Shown here piece by piece: positions 36,569-45,225 of a stretch of 64,000 nt of DNA. The DNA comes from Comamonadaceae bacterium. GTDB taxonomy: Bacteria > Pseudomonadota > Gammaproteobacteria > Burkholderiales > Burkholderiaceae_C. The stretch is from NCBI GenBank assembly GCA_947455145.1, contig CANGME010000011.1, forward strand, positions 60,182 to 124,181, written 5' to 3'. Position 1 is the first letter of the stretch, and the number at the start of each line of letters is the position of its first letter. Below the pieces are notes generated by a model that saw nothing but the letters and a program-made list of their open reading frames with translations, had not been told where the DNA came from and ran no database searches. A program made the translations under genes and the position numbers.

Positions 36569-37576
36569 TTAATCAATTTTGATGTTGGCATCCTTCACCA
36601 CCTTCTCGAACTTGGTGGCCTCGGTGCGGACGAACTCGGTAAATTCTGCGACTGTGTTTTTCGGCACGGCCAAGTCTTCGGCCACAAAGCGGTTGTGAAT
36701 TTCGGTGGAGGCCATGATGGCATTCACTTCACGGTTCAAGCTCTGGACGATGGCCGCTGGCGTGTCTGCTGGTGCAAACAAACCACCCCACAGGCTGTAG
36801 CTAAAGCCGGGCAAAGTGCCCTCGGCCACGGTGGGCACTTGCGGCAGCGACTTCATGCGCTGCGGTGACGTGACCGCCAGCGCCTTGAGCTTGCCGCCCT
36901 TAATGTGCGGCATAGCGGCTGAGGCACTGCTGAAAAAGAGTTGAATGCGATCGGTCATCAAATCCGTGAGCAGCGGCCCCACGCCTTTGTAGGGGATGTG
37001 CGTCATGTCCAACTTGGTGCCCATGGTCAAGGCCACGGCAGACAAATGCCCCGGCGTGCCCGCACCGACTGAGCCGTAGCTGAAGCTGCCCGGTTTGGCA
37101 CGTGCCATTTGAATCAGCTCGGTCAGGCTGTTGTACGGCGCACTGGCAGAGGCCAGCAAGACCAGCGGCGCGTTGCCAATCATCACCACGGGGATCAGGT
37201 CTTTGAGTGGGTCGTATCCCAAGTCCTTCATGATGACGCGGTTCACCACCATCTCGCCGGTTTGCCCCAGCAGCAAGGTGTAGCCATCGTTGCGCGACTT
37301 CACCGCCAGGCGCGTGCCCACCGTGCCCGAAACGCCGGGCTTGTTGTCCACCACCACCGACTGCTTGTAGGCAAGGGCCAAGCGTTCGCTGACCAGCCGC
37401 GCAAAGGTGTCGCCTTGGCCGCCGGGGGCGTAGGCAACCACGATGGAGATGGGTTTGGCGGGATAGTCGCCTTCGGCGGCGGTGGCCGATAGGGCGAGGC
37501 CTGTGAGGCTGGTGAGGGCAAAACCTAGACGAAGGAAGCGTTGCACTGAAAAAAGGATCATGGTCTTGAACTCCAA
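36569..37576 (-). CDS. Bug/TctC-family solute-binding protein
   Basis: 335 aa. YPAKPISIVVAYAPGGQGD, HIPYKGVGPLLTDLMTDRIQLFF. Confidence 0.9.
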   Translation of the reverse strand: MEFKTMILFSVQRFLRLGFALTSLTGLALSATAAEGDYPAKPISIVVAYAPGGQGDTFARLVSERLALAYKQSVVVDNKPGVSGTVGTRLAVKSRNDGYTLLLGQTGEMVVNRVIMKDLGYDPLKDLIPVVMIGNAPLVLLASASAPYNSLTELIQMARAKPGSFSYGSVGAGTPGHLSAVALTMGTKLDMTHIPYKGVGPLLTDLMTDRIQLFFSSASAAMPHIKGGKLKALAVTSPQRMKSLPQVPTVAEGTLPGFSYSLWGGLFAPADTPAAIVQSLNREVNAIMASTEIHNRFVAEDLAVPKNTVAEFTEFVRTEATKFEKVVKDANIKID

Positions 37577-37593
37577 TTAGGGTTTTCGTTGCA

Positions 37594-37668
37594 TGGTCCC
37601 CTCGACAGGAATCGAACCTGTATCTGACGCTTAGGAGGCATCCGTTCTATCCATTGAACTACGAGGAG
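37594..37668 (-). tRNA. tRNA-Arg (anticodon CCT)
   Basis: Hand-folded minus-strand cloverleaf: CTCCTCG-TA-GTTC-AATGGATA-GAAC-G-GATGC-CTCCTAA-GCGTC-AGAT-ACAGG-TTCGATT-CCTGT-CGAGGGG-A-CCA. Similar to E. coli argW as remembered. Ends are good to about 1-2 nt. Confidence 0.85.
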
Positions 37669-37726
37669 AACATTGGATTGTAATTTGCGAGCATGGTACG
37701 TCAGCCCAGGATTGGCCCACTCGCCG

Positions 37727-38263
37727 TCAACGGATCGATTCGTTTGAAAACTTTTTCTCTTGCACGGTGGCTGTGATCAGCGCGTAGCCCTGGTTCTGCC
37801 AATGCATGAGCTCGGTGATCGCAGATGGTGTCACTTCCACAAAATCCTGCATCTCCTGCGGTGAGTACTGAAAATCCTGTAAAGCCAGACCGCAGACCTT
37901 GAACTTGACGCCCATGTTGGCGTAGTAGCGCATCCGCTGAACGACTTCCTCGTAACGAGCCTCATTTTTTCGTGCAAGCGTCACGATTTCGGTTCCATGC
38001 ATTAGCACGATGATGCTCATATCCTCTTGGAACATGCTGTAAGGGGCTTCGGTCAGCGGGTTGATGAGTCCACGAAGCCAATAGAGGGCTGAACCGAGTT
38101 TTTGCGGGTCATCAAGGTAGATGTCTACCAGTGCTTTGGGGTTTTGGTACGGTGTTTGAACAACTTTGGCCTGCGCATGGGCTGGAATGGCTTGGATGCC
38201 GACGGCAAGGAACGCCGCAAACATGAAGTAGCGCACGAGTTGAATGGCTTTTAGGGCTTGCAC
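37727..38263 (-). CDS. Exported DsrE-like family protein (second paralogue)
   Basis: 178 aa. Signal peptide ...GIQAIPAHAQA. The pattern IIVLMHGTEIVTL...FKVCGLAL...VTPSAITEL parallels the 21411-21824 protein. Lower GC by eye. Confidence 0.5.
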   Translation of the reverse strand: MQALKAIQLVRYFMFAAFLAVGIQAIPAHAQAKVVQTPYQNPKALVDIYLDDPQKLGSALYWLRGLINPLTEAPYSMFQEDMSIIVLMHGTEIVTLARKNEARYEEVVQRMRYYANMGVKFKVCGLALQDFQYSPQEMQDFVEVTPSAITELMHWQNQGYALITATVQEKKFSNESIR

Positions 38264-38437
38264 AGAGAGGTCTCCTTCACAAAAAATCTATGCCTACTTC
38301 GGACGTTGGCGTCATCGAGCCAAGCATAGGGGAACCAATGCAGTGACCATTGTGTCAGGCAAAGACGGCCTGAGTTTGACGTTAAATCGCAGTGGGCGCG
38401 AGGTGTGCGAAAGTGAGGTCTCTTTTGGTGGAGGTTT

Positions 38438-39652
38438 TCACTTAGTTAGCAAGCGCATGGCCTCTTCTAGCCCTTTGAGCGTGAGCGGGAACATGCGCTG
38501 GTTCATGAGTTGTTGGATGACAGCGATGCTTTGGCGGTAGTGCCACACGCCTTGCGGCTCGGGGTTGATCCAGACGAATTTGGGGAAGGTGGTGGTCAGG
38601 CGTTGCAGCCATTCGACCCCGGCTTCTTCGTTGTTGTATTCCACGCTGCCACCGGGTTGCAAAATCTCATAGGGGCTCATGGTGGCGTCGCCGACAAAGA
38701 TCAGTTTGTAGTCTTTGTTGTACTTGCGCAGGATGTCCCAGGTGGCGAATTTTTCGGCAAAGCGGCGGCGGTTGTTCTTCCACATGAAGTCATAGACGCA
38801 GTTGTGGAAGTAGTAGAACTCGATGTGCTTGAACTCGGACTTGGCGGCGCTGAAGAGCTCTTCCACTCGGGTGATGTGCTCGTCCATGGTGCCGCCCACG
38901 TCCATGAGCAGCAGTACTTTGACGTTGTTGTGGCGCTCGGGCCGCATTTTGATGTCGAGAAAACCCGCGTTGGCCGCGGTGGAGCGGATGGTGTCGTCCA
39001 GGTCAAGCTCGTCCTCATGCCCTTCACGGGCGAACTTGCGCAGGCGGCGCAGCGCCACCTTGATGTTGCGCGTGCCCAGCTCTTGCGTGTCGTCGTAGTC
39101 TTTGTAGACGCGCTGATCCCACACTTTCACCGCGCTCTTGTTCCGGCCTTTCTCTTGGCCAATGCGTATGCCTTGCGGGTTGTAGCCGTTGGCCCCAAAG
39201 GGTGATGTGCCGCCGGTGCCAATCCACTTGCTGCCGCCTTCGTGGCGTTCTTTTTGTTCTTCAAAGCGTTTCTTGAGCGTCTCCATCAGCTCGTCCCAAC
39301 CCATCTTCTCGATCTTGGCGCGCTCCTCGGGGCTCAGGTTGAGCTCCAGATTTTTACGCAGCCAATCCAGCGGGATGTCCTGGGTGAAGTCGGTCAACAT
39401 CTCCACGCCTTTGAAGTAGGCGGCGAAGGCACGATCAAACTTGTCGTAGTGTTTTTCGTCCTTCACCAGCGTGGTGCGGCTGAGGTAGTAGAAGTCGTCA
39501 ATCTTGTAGCCGGTGGGTTCGGCCCCGCTCTCAGGCGCGGGCATCTTGGGGCCGACCACGCCTTCTTTCAAAGCTTCGAGCAGCGTTAAATACTCCTTGA
39601 CCGAAACGGGGAGTTTGGCGGAGCGCAGGGTGTAGAAGAAGTCGATGAGCAT
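38438..39652 (-). CDS. VWA-domain protein, CoxE-like partner of the MoxR ATPase
   Basis: 404 aa. N-terminus MLIDFFYTLRSAKLPVSVKEYLTLLEAL. VWA core VKVLLLMDVGGTMDEH, where DxGGT replaces the canonical MIDAS DxSGS. Confidence 0.8.
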   Translation of the reverse strand: MLIDFFYTLRSAKLPVSVKEYLTLLEALKEGVVGPKMPAPESGAEPTGYKIDDFYYLSRTTLVKDEKHYDKFDRAFAAYFKGVEMLTDFTQDIPLDWLRKNLELNLSPEERAKIEKMGWDELMETLKKRFEEQKERHEGGSKWIGTGGTSPFGANGYNPQGIRIGQEKGRNKSAVKVWDQRVYKDYDDTQELGTRNIKVALRRLRKFAREGHEDELDLDDTIRSTAANAGFLDIKMRPERHNNVKVLLLMDVGGTMDEHITRVEELFSAAKSEFKHIEFYYFHNCVYDFMWKNNRRRFAEKFATWDILRKYNKDYKLIFVGDATMSPYEILQPGGSVEYNNEEAGVEWLQRLTTTFPKFVWINPEPQGVWHYRQSIAVIQQLMNQRMFPLTLKGLEEAMRLLTK

Positions 39653-39661
39653 GTGAACTCC

Positions 39662-40258
39662 CTAACTGCGCGGCTTGTCCCGCGAATACAGCAGATGCGC
39701 CCGCACCTCTGGCCATTCGCCCCGCGTCACGCTGTACATCACGGTGTCGCGGATGGTGCCGTCACGGCGCAGGGCGTGGCCGCGAATCACACCGTCTTTT
39801 TTTGCACCCAGTCGCTCAATGGCTGCTTGAGAGGCGAAGTTGAAGTTGTCGGTGCGCCAGCCCACCACGTGGCAACCTAAAGTGTCGAAGGCGTGGCTCA
39901 GCATCAGTAGTTTGCAGGTGGTGTTGATGTGGCTGCGCTGCACGCTTTTGGCGTACCAGGTATAGCCAATCTCCACACGTTTAACCGCAGGCAGGATGTC
40001 GTGGTAGCTGGTGCTGCCCAGAATCTTGCCGCTGAATTCGTCCACCACGGCGAAGGCAAAGCGGTGGCCCTCGGCACGGGCTTGCAAGGCAGTTTCGATA
40101 TAGCTGCGGGTCTCGTCCGGTGCAGGCACGGAGGTCACGCGCAATTGCCACAGCGTACCGTCAGCGGCGGCGGTTTTCAGGCCTTCCTCGTGTTCCAGAC
40201 CTAGGGGGACGAGTTGCACTCCGCGCTGTGACAGGGTGAGCGGTGAGACGAAGGTCAT
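39662..40258 (-). CDS. GNAT-family N-acetyltransferase (RimJ/RimL-like)
   Basis: 198 aa. VEIGYTWYAKSVQRSHINTTCKLLMLSHAFDTLGCHVVGWRTDNFNFASQAAIERLGAKKDGVIR matches the Acetyltransf_3 pattern. Confidence 0.8.
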   Translation of the reverse strand: MTFVSPLTLSQRGVQLVPLGLEHEEGLKTAAADGTLWQLRVTSVPAPDETRSYIETALQARAEGHRFAFAVVDEFSGKILGSTSYHDILPAVKRVEIGYTWYAKSVQRSHINTTCKLLMLSHAFDTLGCHVVGWRTDNFNFASQAAIERLGAKKDGVIRGHALRRDGTIRDTVMYSVTRGEWPEVRAHLLYSRDKPRS

Positions 40259-40267
40259 ATGGATTCC

Positions 40268-40492
40268 TTACTCCTCGTTTTTTTCTTTGCTGGCACGCCG
40301 CCAGCGGCGTGCCAGTTGCAAGCCTAAGCCGCCGCCCAGACCCACTAACACAATGCCAAAAATACTGGCGTTGCCGTAGCCTTCAGAAAAAATGTCCAGG
40401 CCCAGCAGGCGACCAACCCAAAAGCCCAGCAGCGCGCCGCCGACAAAGCCGATGGCGTCGGACAGGCCTTCGATGAGTAAATTTTTGTCCAT
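40268..40492 (-). CDS. Small two-helix membrane protein with Gly-zipper motifs
   Basis: 74 aa. AIGFVGGALLGFWVGRLLG and IFGIVLVGLGGGLGLQLA, with a basic C-tail. It is packed between the ATPase and GNAT genes with 15-nt and 9-nt gaps. Confidence 0.55.
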   Translation of the reverse strand: MDKNLLIEGLSDAIGFVGGALLGFWVGRLLGLDIFSEGYGNASIFGIVLVGLGGGLGLQLARRWRRASKEKNEE

Positions 40493-40507
40493 GGTGTTCC
40501 TTTTGGG

Positions 40508-41362
40508 TTATCTGTTGCGCTGATTCATGAACACCAGCTTTTCAAACAGGGTCACGTCCTGCTCGTTCTTGAGCAGGGCACCCACCAGCGGCGGCACGGC
40601 CACTTTGTCGTCCTGGCTGTGCAGGGCGGCCAGGGAGATGTCTTCGGCCACCAGCAGTTTGAGCCAGTCCAGCAGCTCGCTGGTGGAGGGCTTTTTCTTC
40701 AGGCCCGGCAGGTTGCGCACGTCGAAGAAGGTTTTCATGGCGGCGGTGAGCAGCTCTTTTTTCAGGCCGGGGAAGTGCACATCCACGATCTGCGTCATGG
40801 TGGTCGCATCGGGGAACTTGATGTAGTGGAAGAAGCAGCGGCGCAAAAAAGCGTCGGGCAGTTCTTTTTCGTTGTTGGAGGTGATGAAGACCAGCGGGCG
40901 GTGCTTGGCCTTGATGAGCTCGCGGGTTTCGTAGCAGTAGAACTCCATGCGGTCGATCTCGCGCAGCAAGTCGTTGGGGAACTCGATGTCGGCTTTGTCG
41001 ATTTCGTCAATCAGCAGCGCCACGGGCTGATCGGCGGTGAAGGCCTGCCACAGCACGCCTTTGACGATGTAGTTGTGGATGTCCTTGACGCGCTCGCCGC
41101 CGTCCACATCTGAGAGCTGCGAGTCACGCAGGCGGCTCACGGCGTCGTATTCATACAGGCCTTGCTGGGCCTTGGTGGTGGACTTGATGTGCCACTGCAA
41201 GAGCGGCAGATTCAGCGCTTGGGACACTTCCTCGGCCAGCATGGTTTTGCCAGTGCCAGGCTCGCCCTTGACGAGCAGGGGGCGCTTGAGGGTGATTGCG
41301 GCGTTGACCGACAGCATCAGGTCTTGGGTGGCGACGTAGGTTTGAGTTCCGTGAAATTTCAT
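40508..41362 (-). CDS. MoxR-family AAA+ ATPase
   Basis: 284 aa. Walker A GEPGTGKT, Walker B LLIDEIDK, sensor region ITSNNEKELPDAFLRRC. Confidence 0.9.
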   Translation of the reverse strand: MKFHGTQTYVATQDLMLSVNAAITLKRPLLVKGEPGTGKTMLAEEVSQALNLPLLQWHIKSTTKAQQGLYEYDAVSRLRDSQLSDVDGGERVKDIHNYIVKGVLWQAFTADQPVALLIDEIDKADIEFPNDLLREIDRMEFYCYETRELIKAKHRPLVFITSNNEKELPDAFLRRCFFHYIKFPDATTMTQIVDVHFPGLKKELLTAAMKTFFDVRNLPGLKKKPSTSELLDWLKLLVAEDISLAALHSQDDKVAVPPLVGALLKNEQDVTLFEKLVFMNQRNR

Positions 41363-41463
41363 GGTGCGGCGCGGTGGATTGAAGGGAGACGCTAAAAGGC
41401 TCAGGGGGCTAGATATAATCAGCGGTTGAATTGAACCAAATACCGGCTGATTGTCCTCGCAAA

Positions 41464-42138
41464 ATGAACAAACTGTTGCTGACGCTACTCCCTCTGGTCC
41501 TCGCTGCCGCTTCGACCTTTTCCGCCCATGCTCAAGAAGTCAAGGGTGACGCCCATGCGGGTCAGAAAAAAATCGCCATGTGCATTGGCTGCCACGGCAT
41601 CCCTGGCTACCAAGCCAGCTTCCCCGAAGTGCACAAAGTGCCGATGATCTCTGGCCAAGGCGCCAAATACATCGTCTCGGCCCTGGGCGCTTATAAAAAG
41701 GGCGAGCGCAAGCACCCCACCATGCGTGCCATTGCCGACTCGTTGACTGATCAAGACATGGCCGATCTGGGTGCCTACTATGAAGGCCATGGCAAGGTCG
41801 AGAGCGCAGCCCCCGCGAAGGCCACCGAGCCGTCTGCCAAAGTTGCCGAGCTGCTGAAAAAAGGAACTTGCGTCGCTTGCCACGGCGACAACTTCAGCAA
41901 ACCGATTGACCCGAGCTACCCCAAGATTGCAGGTCAGCATGCGGATTACCTCTTTGTGGCTCTCAAGGCCTATAAATCCGAAGGCCACGCCACTTGGGGC
42001 CGCAGCAACGGCATCATGGGCGGCATGGCCAAGCAGTTCTCCAATGCCGAACTCAAGGAAATGGCCAAATACATCAGCGCTCAGCAGGGTGAATTGAAGA
42101 CTGTGCCGCAATCACGCGTGCACTCCGCAGCGCACTAA
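41464..42138 (+). CDS. Di-haem cytochrome c4
   Basis: Trimmed to MNKLLLTLLPLVLAAASTFSAHA. CIGCH and CVACH motifs in two homologous halves. Confidence 0.85.
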   Translation: MNKLLLTLLPLVLAAASTFSAHAQEVKGDAHAGQKKIAMCIGCHGIPGYQASFPEVHKVPMISGQGAKYIVSALGAYKKGERKHPTMRAIADSLTDQDMADLGAYYEGHGKVESAAPAKATEPSAKVAELLKKGTCVACHGDNFSKPIDPSYPKIAGQHADYLFVALKAYKSEGHATWGRSNGIMGGMAKQFSNAELKEMAKYISAQQGELKTVPQSRVHSAAH

Positions 42139-42153
42139 GCTCTTAACGCTCAC

Positions 42154-42182
42154 AAAAAAGCCACTCATTGAGTGGCTTTTTT
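42154..42182. terminator. Bidirectional rho-independent terminator
   Basis: AAAAAAGCCACT-CATTG-AGTGGCTTTTTT between convergent cytochrome c4 and DUF1841 genes. Confidence 0.8.
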
Positions 42183-42207
42183 GCGTCTGAGAGCTGTTAG
42201 CTCCGAC

Positions 42208-42645
42208 TCAATCCCGCGTCGCCTGCCGCTGCACGCAGGCGATGTAGGCGTCGCCATCGGGCGGGCGACCCGCGCGCTGGCTTTCCCATAGCATCTTGCC
42301 CAGGCATTCCATGGTTTCATGGTGTGCATCGTGCAGCGAATCCCGTCGCGCGGTCAGCAACTCCACCGCTTGGCGGATGCCGCGCGGCTGGTCAATGCTG
42401 CACTGCTCGGTGATGGACAGGTGCATGGAGAGGTGCAAAAACGGGTTGGTTTGATCCGTCGGGGCTTCCTGCAACTGGGCCAACGCCTGATCCAGGTTGG
42501 CAAAATCGGCGTGGTATTCGGGGTGCTCGTCCATCCACTGGCTGGCGATGACCTCTATGGCCTCCATCGCTTGGCCCGCGCGGGCCTTGGCGAAAGCAGT
42601 ACAAAAAAATCGGCGCACATCGGCTTGGGAGGGTTGAAATAACAT
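42208..42645 (-). CDS. DUF1841-family protein
   Basis: Trimmed to MLFQPSQADVRRFFCTAF... HPEYH motif, as remembered for DUF1841. Confidence 0.6.
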   Translation of the reverse strand: MLFQPSQADVRRFFCTAFAKARAGQAMEAIEVIASQWMDEHPEYHADFANLDQALAQLQEAPTDQTNPFLHLSMHLSITEQCSIDQPRGIRQAVELLTARRDSLHDAHHETMECLGKMLWESQRAGRPPDGDAYIACVQRQATRD

Positions 42646-42740
42646 GGCGGTGAGCATAAGCGAGATCAGGTTTGTCTCGCTTGGGAAGGGCGAAAATCCG
42701 CATACACTTTGCACTCTTATCTCTTCGAGTGAGCCCAAGC

Positions 42741-43457
42741 ATGATTAACAAAATATCTTCTTCCGTCGCCGACGCCCTGGCCAGCATTCAGGACGGCGCC
42801 ACCATCATGATCGGCGGATTTGGCACCGCTGGTATCCCTAACGAGCTGATTGACGGCTTGATCGACCAGGGGGCCAAAGACCTCACCATCGTCAACAACA
42901 ACGCGGGCAATGGCGAGACCGGGCTGGCCGCGCTGCTCAAAACCGGGCGCGTGCGCAAGATCATTTGCAGCTTCCCGCGCCAGGCCGACAGCCACGTGTT
43001 TGACGGCCTGTACCGCAGCGGCAAGTTGGCACTGGAGCTGGTGCCGCAGGGCAATCTGTCAGAGCGCATCCGCGCAGCTGGCGCAGGCGTGGGCGCGTTC
43101 TTCTCGCCCACCGGTTACGGCACCGAGCTGGCCAAAAACAGCGACGGTACGCCCAAAGAAACCCGCCAGATCAACGGCAAAAATTACGTGCTGGAGATGC
43201 CAATTTATGGCGACGTGGCCCTCATCAAAGCCGAGCAGGGCGACCGCTGGGGCAACTTGACTTACCGCATGACCGCGCGCAACTTTGGCCCCACCATGGC
43301 CATGGCCTGCAAGACCACCATCGCCACAGTGCATGAAATCGTGGAGCTTGGCGCGCTGGACCCAGAGAGCGTGGTCACCCCGGCCCTGTTCGTGAGCAAA
43401 ATCGTCAAAATCAAACGCCAGGCCACACAGGCCGGTGGCTTCAAGAAAGCAGCGTGA
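42741..43457 (+). CDS. pcaI: 3-oxoacid/3-oxoadipate CoA-transferase subunit A
   Basis: Trimmed to MINKISSSVADALASIQDGATIMIGGFGTAGIPNELIDGLI, very close to the remembered Pseudomonas PcaI N-terminus. A ScoA-type function cannot be excluded. Confidence 0.8.
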   Translation: MINKISSSVADALASIQDGATIMIGGFGTAGIPNELIDGLIDQGAKDLTIVNNNAGNGETGLAALLKTGRVRKIICSFPRQADSHVFDGLYRSGKLALELVPQGNLSERIRAAGAGVGAFFSPTGYGTELAKNSDGTPKETRQINGKNYVLEMPIYGDVALIKAEQGDRWGNLTYRMTARNFGPTMAMACKTTIATVHEIVELGALDPESVVTPALFVSKIVKIKRQATQAGGFKKAA

Positions 43458-43458
43458 A

Positions 43459-44100
43459 ATGAGCTACACCAAACGCACCAAAGACCAGCTCGCCGCCCGA
43501 GTGGCACAAGACATCCCCGAGGGCGCGGTGGTCAACCTTGGCATCGGCATGCCCACGCTGGTGGCCAACCACATCCCGTCTGACCGCGAGGTGCTGCTGC
43601 ACAGCGAAAACGGCATTTTGGGCATGGGCCCGGCCCCCGCACCGGGCGAAGAAGACTACGACCTCATCAACGCTGGCAAGCAGCCCGTCACGCTGCTCAA
43701 AGGCGGCTCGTTCTTTCACCACACCGACAGCTTTGCCATGATGCGCGGTGGCCATCTGGACATCTGCGTGCTGGGCGCGTTTCAAGTCTCCGCCACAGGC
43801 GACTTGGCCAACTGGCACACGGGTGAGCAAGACGCCATTCCCGCTGTGGGCGGGGCGATGGACTTGGCGGTGGGGGCCAAGCAAACGTGGGTGATGATGG
43901 ACTTGCTCACCAAGCAGGGGCAAAGCAAGGTGGTGCCACAGTGCACTTACCCGCTCACTGGCATTGCTTGCGTCAAACGCATTTACTCGGAGTTGGCAAC
44001 GCTGGACTGCACGCCGAACGGCCTGAAGTTGATTGACAAGGTCGATGGCTTGGAGCATGCCGAGCTGGAGCGGTTGGTGGGGTTGCCGATTGCGGTCTGA
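43459..44100 (+). CDS. pcaJ: 3-oxoacid/3-oxoadipate CoA-transferase subunit B
   Basis: Trimmed to MSYTKRTKDQLAARVAQDIPEGAVVNLGIGMPT. SENG active-site motif (LHSENGILG). It starts 1 nt after the subunit A stop. Confidence 0.8.
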   Translation: MSYTKRTKDQLAARVAQDIPEGAVVNLGIGMPTLVANHIPSDREVLLHSENGILGMGPAPAPGEEDYDLINAGKQPVTLLKGGSFFHHTDSFAMMRGGHLDICVLGAFQVSATGDLANWHTGEQDAIPAVGGAMDLAVGAKQTWVMMDLLTKQGQSKVVPQCTYPLTGIACVKRIYSELATLDCTPNGLKLIDKVDGLEHAELERLVGLPIAV

Positions 44101-44197
44101 CGGCGGCTGACCTAGGGTATTCGCTAGTAGGTTGTGAGCCCGTCAGCGCGGCTCTTGGATTAGGATGCGGGATTGTCTTTTTCCAAAGGTGGCTGCT

Positions 44198-45160
44198 ATG
44201 CGTTTCATTAAATTCCTGACGGTTTTTGCCTGGGTTTTGGCGGGCGCTTTGTCAACATTGGCGCAGGCTGCCTTCCCCGAAAAACCCATCAAAATCATCG
44301 TCGCCTTTCCTCCCGGTAGCTCGACCGATATCGTGGCGCGTGCCCTGTCGCAACCTTTGAGCGAAGCACTGGGTCAGCCGGTGGTGATTGAAAACCGGCC
44401 CGGTGCGGGCGGTAATATCGGCACGCAGGCCGTGGCGCGTTCTGCGGCAGATGGTTACACCTTTTTGATGCACAGCGTGGCCTACTCGGTGAACCCCTCG
44501 CTTTACAGCAAGGCGGGGTACGAGGTGGGCAAAGAGCTGACGGGTGTGGCCATGGGTGCGGTGTCGCCCAACATCATTTACGTGCACCCTTCCGTCAAAG
44601 CCAATGACATGAAAGAGCTGTTGGCGCTGGCCAAGACCGAGTCTTTGAGCTATGCCTCGTCAGGCAACGGCACCACCACGCACTTGGGCGCGGAGCTGTT
44701 CTTTCGCAACTTGGCCAAGGTCGAGATTCAGCATGTACCTTACTCGCCTGCCGCCGCCGCCAATGCGGTGGTCAGCGGCCAGGTCATGGTGGGCTCCACC
44801 TCCATTCCACCCGTGGTGCAGTTGGCTAAAGCAGGTCGGGTGCGCCCGTTGGCCGTGACCAGCGCCAAGCGCAGCGGCGCGCTGCCCAACGTGCCCACGG
44901 TGGCTGAGTTGGGTTACCCCGGCTTTGAGGCCAACACCTGGTTTGCGATGTTGGCCCCTGCCGCCACACCCACTGATGTGCTGGACCGTGTCAACGCCGA
45001 GGTGAACAAAATTCTGCAAAACAAATCCATCAACGAAGGCTTTGCCGCCCAATCGCTCGAAGCTATTCGTATGGATCGGCCCACTTTGGACGCTTACTTG
45101 GCAGCTGAGGCCAAGAAGTGGGCTGGGGTGGTGCAACAGACCGGGGCGAAGGTGGATTAA
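44198..45160 (+). CDS. Bug/TctC-family solute-binding protein
   Basis: Trimmed to MRFIKFLTVFAWVLAGALSTLAQA. FPEKPIKIIVAFPPGSSTD, HVPYSPAAAANAVVSGQVMV. Confidence 0.9.
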   Translation: MRFIKFLTVFAWVLAGALSTLAQAAFPEKPIKIIVAFPPGSSTDIVARALSQPLSEALGQPVVIENRPGAGGNIGTQAVARSAADGYTFLMHSVAYSVNPSLYSKAGYEVGKELTGVAMGAVSPNIIYVHPSVKANDMKELLALAKTESLSYASSGNGTTTHLGAELFFRNLAKVEIQHVPYSPAAAANAVVSGQVMVGSTSIPPVVQLAKAGRVRPLAVTSAKRSGALPNVPTVAELGYPGFEANTWFAMLAPAATPTDVLDRVNAEVNKILQNKSINEGFAAQSLEAIRMDRPTLDAYLAAEAKKWAGVVQQTGAKVD

Positions 45161-45225
45161 CCGCTCACAGAATTCCTGCCCCTGCGAGGGGCGCCACATA
45201 CATTTTTAATCAGAAAGTTGAGAAT

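Noticed and set aside
38244-38540. 98-aa plus-strand ORF spanning the DsrE-like/VWA intergenic gap
   Set aside because: It overlaps both neighbouring minus-strand genes and has no RBS or recognisable motif. It probably arises by chance in the spacer.
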